Assembly (NCBI RefSeq): GCF_000092105.1
Contig: NC_014148.1
Location: 1,980,001 to 2,012,000 of the forward strand
Length of the DNA: 32,000 nt
Reading direction: 5' to 3'
Origin: Planctopirus limnophila DSM 3776
GTDB taxonomy: Bacteria; Planctomycetota; Planctomycetia; Planctomycetales; Planctomycetaceae
The notes beneath the pieces are model-generated. The model saw only the letters and a list, made by a program, of their open reading frames with translations, made no database searches and was not told where the DNA came from. Numbering within the stretch: the first letter of the stretch is position 1; each line of letters opens with the position of its first letter. Shown piece by piece: positions 17,340 to 24,308 of the stretch. The position numbers were made by a program, and so were the translations under genes.

Positions 17340-17433
17340 AGGTCAAATTGAGATGGAACTCCTGTCGAGTCCTCTCAATCGAGTTGACCTGCATGACAGG
17401 AATTGACACACTCCTCCAACTCAGGAGTGAATC
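17340..17433 (+). promoter_or_regulatory. structured 5' leader with RBS-occluding hairpin upstream of the STAS gene
   Basis: 14-bp interrupted stem 17340-17353 / 17373-17390 with a 4-nt bulge at 17380-17383. Loop CCTGTC (17361-17366) is complementary to GACAGG (17395-17400). A 7-bp hairpin CACTCCT (17409-17415) / AGGAGTG (17423-17429) contains the Shine-Dalgarno of ATG 17434. Confidence 0.35.
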
Positions 17434-17784
17434 ATGTCCAGTCAGCCCTATAGTTCATTTGCAGTCTATCAATCCGGCCCATTAACGGTGATTGGTTTCG
17501 GGAGGAATCGCCCGGATCGACTGGATCTCGGGATCTGCCGCGATGAACTCACATTGCTGCTCCGTTCGACGAAATGTCAGTCGCTGGCTGTCGATCTCAC
17601 GAATGTTCGCTTTGTCCCCAGTGGCATGCTGGGGTTACTTGCCACTATTCCGAAACTGGGTGTGGAACTGATGGTGTTCAATCCGAATCCAGAGATTCGC
17701 GAAGTTCTTGAAATCACCCGACTCGACAGCATCATGCGGGTTGAGACTGTACCTGTCAGTGGCATGCTCGCGGGCGAATCCTGA
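17434..17784 (+). CDS. STAS-domain protein (anti-sigma-factor antagonist family)
   Basis: SpoIIAA-like pattern LAVDLTNVRFVPSGMLGLLATI...ELMVFNPNPEIREVLEITRLDSI. A Ser sits at the usual phospho-acceptor position (PSG). AGGAG is 6 nt upstream of the ATG. Confidence 0.8.
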   Translation: MSSQPYSSFAVYQSGPLTVIGFGRNRPDRLDLGICRDELTLLLRSTKCQSLAVDLTNVRFVPSGMLGLLATIPKLGVELMVFNPNPEIREVLEITRLDSIMRVETVPVSGMLAGES

Positions 17785-17852
17785 AAGGTGATCGAGTCAT
17801 CCTGGCTCGAAGATCAATTCATTTTACAGGCAGATGAGCAGGGAGGTTCACA

Positions 17853-18980
17853 ATGGTTGTCTCTTCGCAGGAAGCATGGAATCGGGCTCAGGCTCTGGCT
17901 GAAAGTTGGTCCAAAGCCGAAGGCGTGACGCTTTCCTTCGCCTGTGGATCGCCGCGCAGGCATTACGCGCCCAGGCATTTCGGGCCGGAGATTCAAAAAC
18001 TGGGAGCGGCCTTACTCGAAGGCGAACCCGCTTATCTAGTGGCTTCCATCACCAAGCCCATCGTGGCGATGGCCATACTTTCATTGGTCGAAGCCGGTGA
18101 AATTCTCCTGAATGATCGTGTGACTCGATTTCTTCCAGAATTCGCCAACGAACAGAAGCACGGCATCGAAGTCCGCCATCTGCTGACACATACTTCCGGT
18201 TTACCCGATCTCCCGCCCAATAACGTCGAGCTTCGCAAAGCACATGCGACCCTGAATGATTTTGTGTCAGAAGCTTGTCGGGCACCGCTATCTTTTGCTC
18301 CCGGACGGGGAGTGCAGTACCAGTCACTGGGCTATGCGGTGCTCGGTAAAATCATGGAGAAGATTACCAGCTTGCCTCAGGGAGAATTCATTCGAAAAAC
18401 CATCTTTGAACCGCTGGGAATGCATGATTCGGCTCTGGGAGCAGGGACTGAAAAATCGTTTGAGCGAATTGAACGGCGACAGATCTCCGTTCAAGTGCCC
18501 CCCGAACAGACCGGCGGTGACGACTGGAACTGGAATAGCACCTGGTGGCGGACTTTGGGGGCACCGTGGGGAGGAATGGTCTGTACTCCCACAGATATCG
18601 TTTCGCTGCTCAGAGCTTGCCTCACCTCGATTGATATCGAACATGGCCAGGCGGGCCCGGGACACGGGTTTCTTTCGCGTCAGTCACTCGTGAGATCGAT
18701 GGAAAATCAGGTTCAAATGCTCCCAGAGTTGGGAGAGATCGAACGCCGCACACGGGGTTGGGGTTATGGATGGCGACTCAATTGGCGCCAGCACACATCC
18801 CCATTATGCGAACTTCTTCCTGAAACGACTTGCGGGCATTGGGGAGCCACGGGAACACTCTGCTGGATGGATCCGGAATTAGGAGCCTATGCCGTGATTC
18901 TGACATCGCAACCAGCAGACAAATCCCGCAGAAACATCTGTCGACTCTCCAACCTGCTGGCAACCGCCACTCTGGGTTAA
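17853..18980 (+). CDS. serine hydrolase, beta-lactamase/transpeptidase-like fold
   Basis: SxxK motif in VASITKPIV, a Tyr motif YQSLGY and HWGATG in place of KTG. GGGAGG six nt before ATG 17853. Confidence 0.85.
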   Translation: MVVSSQEAWNRAQALAESWSKAEGVTLSFACGSPRRHYAPRHFGPEIQKLGAALLEGEPAYLVASITKPIVAMAILSLVEAGEILLNDRVTRFLPEFANEQKHGIEVRHLLTHTSGLPDLPPNNVELRKAHATLNDFVSEACRAPLSFAPGRGVQYQSLGYAVLGKIMEKITSLPQGEFIRKTIFEPLGMHDSALGAGTEKSFERIERRQISVQVPPEQTGGDDWNWNSTWWRTLGAPWGGMVCTPTDIVSLLRACLTSIDIEHGQAGPGHGFLSRQSLVRSMENQVQMLPELGEIERRTRGWGYGWRLNWRQHTSPLCELLPETTCGHWGATGTLCWMDPELGAYAVILTSQPADKSRRNICRLSNLLATATLG

Positions 18981-19027
18981 ATCCGGAGTGTGAGGTTCAG
19001 TTAGTCGATGAGGCTGAAATCAATGGC

Positions 19028-19552
19028 TTATCGGGGCGATTTGCTGAGCACGCTCTGGACGGCCTGTTCGACGCGCTCGTGCGTCGCTGGCAAATCTTCG
19101 GTGCTGGCGATTCGAGCGGCGATTTTTCCATCGCGACCGTAAATGATGTAATGAGGCAAAGCCGCATCTGAAATTCCAAAAATCTCTGCTCCGTCATCAC
19201 TCAAGGAATGAGCACTGACCAGATGGTCCCCTTTGCCGGCCTTCTCTGAGAGGAACTTGTTGACCTTTGCTGGCACTTTGGTTCCAGAGACATCATCAAA
19301 GTTTAATGTCACCAGCACCACCCCATCCTTGGCATGGCGATCCGCAAGTTCGACCGATTTGGGAAATTGCTTAATGCAGGGGACGCACCAGGTGGCCCAG
19401 CAATCGACAACGACAATTTTGCCTCGATGTGCCGCGATCGCCTTGTCAAACCCGGCTTTGTCCACCACGCGAGCCTCCTGGGCATGGGCAGTCGTCAGCA
19501 AGAACGGGGTTAATCCCAGGGCCAGGCAGAATCCCAAAAGTCGAAACATCAT
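19028..19552 (-). CDS. exported TlpA/ResA-like thioredoxin
   Basis: Signal MMFRLLGFCLALGLTPFLLTTAHAQ. Redox motif VVVDCWATWCVPCIKQFP. Start moved to ATG 19552 because GGAGGA (19560-19565, minus strand) lies 7 nt upstream; the track start is 19567. Confidence 0.85.
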   Translation of the reverse strand: MMFRLLGFCLALGLTPFLLTTAHAQEARVVDKAGFDKAIAAHRGKIVVVDCWATWCVPCIKQFPKSVELADRHAKDGVVLVTLNFDDVSGTKVPAKVNKFLSEKAGKGDHLVSAHSLSDDGAEIFGISDAALPHYIIYGRDGKIAARIASTEDLPATHERVEQAVQSVLSKSPR

Positions 19553-19593
19553 TGAATCTTCCTCCATGAAAGAATTGTCAATCAGTGGCTGTC

Positions 19594-21177
19594 CTAGCGA
19601 CGGGGTGGATTCAGAAAATCCACATTGAACTTCTTCATCATATCGTCGCGAACAACTGCTCGATCGTTATTGATCGATTTCCAGATGGTCTCGCGCTCAG
19701 TCGTACCTTTGGCAATCGCATCGGCCTGTCTGCCGCGAATTTCAGGGAAGTTAGTCTCTACATTGACAGTTCCCGGTGTCACCCAGGCTCCGCCCCAGCC
19801 CCAGCCATTCCAGTTTCCACCCCAGCCACCATTCCATTGAACTTGTGGAGGAGTGACATCAACACGGTACTCGGCGTAGCTGGCGACTCGTCCCATTTCC
19901 AACTGAATCCCGCGCAAGGACATCCCGATTTGTCTCAATCGAGCACTGATGGAACGGCCGTATCGCAGCAGGTCAGGATCAACGTTTCGAATGGGTAGCT
20001 CATCAATACGACGGGCAAAGTTATCGTACCACGAGGCCACTCGTTGATAGTCGCGGCCACGCGAGGCTTGCTTAAACAGGTCATCTACAAGCTGATTCAC
20101 TGTCTGGAAGTAAGCAATCGATGCTGCCAGAGTCGCTTCCTCTGGAGTTTGTGCCGAGTGAGATTCGGGCAGCAAAGTTCCTGCCCCCACACCACGAATT
20201 AATGAGAGTACCATCCGCAAACTGGCATCGGAAATCGTGTTCGTCAAGGTCAGCACGCGACCGTTCAGTGTGGCTTTAGCGGATTCAATTTCATCGAGAT
20301 GAAAACCATAGTCGTCAAGGTAACTGACGAACACCTGCTGCAGTTCGCTGGCTGGTCGCGTGGGGGAGCGGGAGAAGCTCATTTTGATTGTCATATCAAG
20401 CTGACTGTTGGCATCGACATCGAATTCGATGAATTCGAGATCCGAAAGAATCTGCCCCATAATTCTTGCTTCGTTCTGCTTACCAGCAAAGGCCAGTGTC
20501 GATTGCAGATAATTGGCCGCCACCACAGGGTCAAATGTGTCTCGCATATCGAGAGAGAGCATGATGTGACTTTTCGACGAATCGATCTGGGTCTCAGCCC
20601 AGGACTTTTGCGGTGAGACGCCGTTCAGGGTCTCCGTGGTATGACGCAGGAATCGACCGAGGTCATGCCTTGAGGCGGGTGAAAGAATTGCCAGGCGATT
20701 TCCAGGGAGTTGAGTTGCAATGGCATCGGAACTGAGGACCAGCACCGGGTGATTGTTGACCTGCTGGATGACCCCGCCGGTTGGCTGACTGAGTGTGCGA
20801 AGCGTCCACGTGCCCTGCATCTGGGCTAAGGCTAATGACCAGACCACCCGATTATGATCGGGTTGAACATGTGCCGCCCGCACCAGCATGGTGGCGTTAG
20901 TCGGGACAGTGGCGGCACCATTCAGAAAAGCGGCCTGATGTGCCTGCCTCCAGTTGGCAGCGCGTCCCATCGGGCTGTCGAGAAGTTCCTGAACGCGAAT
21001 GACAGCGACGAGATTGGCTGTATCTGGAACCAGACTACCCAGGATATTCAAAGGAGTCTGGGCAGGTTCCTGAGCCTGAACTGATGGGCTTTGAATACCT
21101 GCCAACACCAGCCCCAACAAGAAGCAGCTCGACAGCAGCGACAATCCTGCGGTTTGGGATCTCACGAAAAAATTCAT
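19594..21177 (-). CDS. hypothetical exported protein
   Basis: Start at ATG 21177 gives the signal peptide MNFFVRSQTAGLSLLSSCFLLGLVLAGIQSPSVQAQ and avoids overlap with the upstream gene, whose stop is at 21236. Trp/Gly motif QWNGGWGGNWNGWGWGGAW near the C-terminus. No recognised domain. Confidence 0.65.
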   Translation of the reverse strand: MNFFVRSQTAGLSLLSSCFLLGLVLAGIQSPSVQAQEPAQTPLNILGSLVPDTANLVAVIRVQELLDSPMGRAANWRQAHQAAFLNGAATVPTNATMLVRAAHVQPDHNRVVWSLALAQMQGTWTLRTLSQPTGGVIQQVNNHPVLVLSSDAIATQLPGNRLAILSPASRHDLGRFLRHTTETLNGVSPQKSWAETQIDSSKSHIMLSLDMRDTFDPVVAANYLQSTLAFAGKQNEARIMGQILSDLEFIEFDVDANSQLDMTIKMSFSRSPTRPASELQQVFVSYLDDYGFHLDEIESAKATLNGRVLTLTNTISDASLRMVLSLIRGVGAGTLLPESHSAQTPEEATLAASIAYFQTVNQLVDDLFKQASRGRDYQRVASWYDNFARRIDELPIRNVDPDLLRYGRSISARLRQIGMSLRGIQLEMGRVASYAEYRVDVTPPQVQWNGGWGGNWNGWGWGGAWVTPGTVNVETNFPEIRGRQADAIAKGTTERETIWKSINNDRAVVRDDMMKKFNVDFLNPPRR

Positions 21178-21235
21178 TTTGCAGCCCTGAAGTTGGTCGA
21201 TCAGTCTTCGCTCAGAACGATTTGCAATTAGATAT

Positions 21236-22279
21236 TTACGCTTTTCGAGGTGCTTTATCCACCTTTTCAGATTTTTTCGCGGCAATCTTGGTTTTGGCCT
21301 TCGTCTCGGGCGTTAAAGTCGATTTTTTGGTCGGTTTGCGCTGTACCGCTTTCCGCTTTGCCATCGATGTTTCGGCGGTGGAACGATCCTTTGCCGCAGG
21401 ATTTCTCATCGCTTCCTGAACCCTCTGATACAACGCCTCAAATTCGTGGTTGCCGGGAGTGAGTTGACGGGCGGTATCGGCAAGAAAAAGAGCCACTTCA
21501 TAGTAGCGTCTTTCAAGATTGGCCTCGGCTGCCAGTGCATGAAGCTGATCATGCCACGGATTCAGCGCCAAGCCTTCTTCGGCCAGTCGATCAATCCGGT
21601 TCCACTCCCGTTTCTTCTTCGCATCGGCAATGAGCACCACCAGACGGATAATCACACTACTCGCATTGGGTGAGCCGACCAGGTTTTGCCGATGCTTTCG
21701 GCATGCCGTCGCCCTTAACGTTTTTCGATAAGGCAAGCTCGATGGCGAACGATGAACGGCTTCTCGAAAGTGATTCAGAGCGAGTTCAAGGTTTCCTTTG
21801 GCAGAGGCCTTGGATCCTTCACGGAAATTTTGCGGCCCAGTCAGCTTCGCCATGGCGGCATTGACGGAATCGATCGCCTCGAGTGCTTCACGTCTTCCCG
21901 GGCGTGTCGTTCCTGTCCGCGCGGATGCCGATCGCCCATGCAGCGCCCTGGCTGGTGGTGGGTTACTTGCTCCACTGCGTCCGGCCCCCGAAGTCGATTT
22001 TCTCTCTGTCTTTTTCGGGCTGGTACTTCGTGGAGGATACTTCGAACCTGAGAGTTTGCGCGATGCTCTCACCCAGGGATCTGCCGCTTCTTCGTCTCTC
22101 GAAAAAGGATCCTCATCCGTTGGTTTATTTGCAGACCGCTGAGGTCTGGGCCGGTTCTCTGGAGAAGATGAGCGGCCTGCGCCAGTCTCACGTTTGGACA
22201 TGTGGGAGAACTTTCGATTCCAGAGAACTGTTTTGATGGACCGTAAAAGACGGTGAGGATTGGGCGGTCGATGACTCAC
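21236..22279 (-). CDS. basic protein with TPR-like helical core and lysine-rich C-terminal tail
   Basis: R/S/P-rich N-terminal third. Helical repeat-like core (GNLELALNHFREAV..., LAEEGLALNPWHDQLHALAAEANLERRYYEVALF). C-terminal tail AKRKAVQRKPTKKSTLTPETKAKTKIAAKKSEKVDKAPRKA. GTG at 22279; ATG 22201 is an alternative start. Confidence 0.55.
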   Translation of the reverse strand: MSHRPPNPHRLLRSIKTVLWNRKFSHMSKRETGAGRSSSPENRPRPQRSANKPTDEDPFSRDEEAADPWVRASRKLSGSKYPPRSTSPKKTERKSTSGAGRSGASNPPPARALHGRSASARTGTTRPGRREALEAIDSVNAAMAKLTGPQNFREGSKASAKGNLELALNHFREAVHRSPSSLPYRKTLRATACRKHRQNLVGSPNASSVIIRLVVLIADAKKKREWNRIDRLAEEGLALNPWHDQLHALAAEANLERRYYEVALFLADTARQLTPGNHEFEALYQRVQEAMRNPAAKDRSTAETSMAKRKAVQRKPTKKSTLTPETKAKTKIAAKKSEKVDKAPRKA

Positions 22280-22457
22280 CGAGTCATTTCAACTCTGAGA
22301 GCATTGTTCATCGACAAAGGCTCGAATTACCATAAAGATACACCACAATGCCTCAAGATACGAAGGATCCCGTTTTTCAGTCTTTGGCCCAACTGTCTAA
22401 ATGATGTGGTTGGAGAACCAAATTGAAAAACCGGCAGCGTTGATCACCGGAAAACTC

Positions 22458-24095
22458 ATGACGAATCGGATTGGAAAAGTTTATCTGGTCGGTGCCGGGC
22501 CGGGTGATGCGGGATTGTTAACCATTCGTGGCTGGCAATGTCTACAGGAGGCCCATCTGGTGTTGTATGACGGCCTCGTCAATCCACGGATTCTGAATTG
22601 GTCGCGTGGTGAGGCTGTTCGAAGCTGTCGCGCAGGTCGTTCGGCCGGTGGAGATCGCGCCATCAGCACACATCCGGGCTGGATTTCTCAATCGGAGATC
22701 AACTCCCGGATGATTGAAGCGGCACGCAATGGCCAGATCGTGGTGCGATTAAAGGGAGGCGATCCTTTTATCTTTGGGCGCGGCGGTGAAGAAGCTGCTG
22801 CTCTGGCTGAAGCGGGGATTCCGTTTGAAGTGGTTCCGGGGATTACAGCCGCCACTGCTGCAGCCGTCTATTCGGGTTTATCACTGACGCATCGTGAGTG
22901 TGCCTCGGCAGTGGCATTCATTACGGGGCACGAGGATCCAGATAAAACTGAACAGACATTGAATTATCAGTCTCTGGCGAACTTTCCTGGCACGCTCGTC
23001 TTCTACATGGGTTTGCATCGCCTGGAGACTATCGCCAGAGCACTTATTGAAGCCGGCAAGCCGGCAGAGACACCGGCCATGGTTGTGAGTCAGGCGACCA
23101 CATCTCGTCAGCAAATGGTGGAAGCGACTCTGGCGGATATTGCTGCCAAGGCCAAACAGGCCAATCTCCTGGCGCCATCACTCGCCATGATTGGAAATGC
23201 GATTGAGTGGCGCACCCCTGCTGCCTGGTTTGAAGAGCGGCCACTTCGCCATCTGAGAATTGCGATTCCCAGACCACTCGAACAGGGAGAATTAACGGCC
23301 CTCGAATGTGAGCAATTGGGAGGTTCTCCGCTGCTGATGCCCACCATCTCGATCTCGTCCATCGATGATTGGACTCTAGTCGATGGAATCATCGACCGTA
23401 TCGCAGAGTTCGACTGGATCATTTTCACCAGTGTCAATGGTGTGCGTTGTTTCATGCAGCATTTGTGGCAACGCGGGCTGGATGGTCGCGAGCTGGCGGG
23501 TTGCCGACTGGCTGTGATTGGTGCGAGCACTGCTGCTGAACTGGAGAAGTGGCATCTTCGTGCCGACTTTGTGCCCTCTCAGTTTCGCGGTGAAGTCCTT
23601 GCGGAAGAACTCGCACAGCAATTCTCTGCAGGACGTGCGATCTGGTTTCGGGCGAATCGTGGACGAGAAGTTATTCCTGAGCGACTTCAAAAAGCGGGCT
23701 GGTCAATGGAAACGGCTGTGGTGTATCGCAACGAGGATGTGACCAGTTGGCCGGCAGATTTCTGGGAAAAACTCTCTCGTAAAGAAGTGGATTGGATTGC
23801 CTTGAGCAGCCCGTCGATGGCCAGAAATTGGAAAAAACTACTTGATGCTTATCTGAGAGAATCTGGCCGCAATGCGTCAGAGTTCATCAATGCGGCTCGA
23901 TTTGTAAGCATCAGTCCGGTGACGACACAAGCCGCCCTCGAAGCGGGGTTATCGATTTCTGCGGAAGCCAGTGTATTCACCTGGGAAGGCATTTTTCGGG
24001 CCATTGCGAATGCCGAAGGCAGGCCATGGCTGAATGTTTCCACCAGCGCGGCCATGCCCACAAAGAGCAGTTTCCCGCCTGGTGAGGAAAGTTAG
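22458..24095 (+). CDS. cobA-hemD: bifunctional uroporphyrinogen-III C-methyltransferase / uroporphyrinogen-III synthase
   Basis: SUMT motifs VYLVGAGPGDAGLLT, KGGDPFIFGRGGEE and VVPGITAA. The C-terminal half is HemD-like (LRIAIPRP...LGGSPLLMPTISI..., second repeat LAVIGASTA). Start placed at ATG 22458 just before the GAGPGD motif. Confidence 0.9.
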   Translation: MTNRIGKVYLVGAGPGDAGLLTIRGWQCLQEAHLVLYDGLVNPRILNWSRGEAVRSCRAGRSAGGDRAISTHPGWISQSEINSRMIEAARNGQIVVRLKGGDPFIFGRGGEEAAALAEAGIPFEVVPGITAATAAAVYSGLSLTHRECASAVAFITGHEDPDKTEQTLNYQSLANFPGTLVFYMGLHRLETIARALIEAGKPAETPAMVVSQATTSRQQMVEATLADIAAKAKQANLLAPSLAMIGNAIEWRTPAAWFEERPLRHLRIAIPRPLEQGELTALECEQLGGSPLLMPTISISSIDDWTLVDGIIDRIAEFDWIIFTSVNGVRCFMQHLWQRGLDGRELAGCRLAVIGASTAAELEKWHLRADFVPSQFRGEVLAEELAQQFSAGRAIWFRANRGREVIPERLQKAGWSMETAVVYRNEDVTSWPADFWEKLSRKEVDWIALSSPSMARNWKKLLDAYLRESGRNASEFINAARFVSISPVTTQAALEAGLSISAEASVFTWEGIFRAIANAEGRPWLNVSTSAAMPTKSSFPPGEES

Positions 24096-24308
24096 CGTGT
24101 CGAAATACCCTGTACGCTCACATTCCGCTCTTCCCAAAATTCACTGGATGGCAGAAAACTTTGGAGAACCCACCAGTCGGCTAGGTGTTCCTGTAGTGAA
24201 ACCAGGATCACTTTTCATGGGTAAGTCTTTTTGTGCCGCAGGGAACTGTGCGCGCAGGTCTTGGTGGAATGATCAAACGGTAGTGAACAAATCTCAGGGC
24301 CATCAGTT

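Noticed and set aside
22280-22457. Possible cobalamin riboswitch upstream of cobA/hemD
   Set aside because: I could find no B12-box-like sequence or the expected conserved GC-rich helices in the 178-nt spacer.
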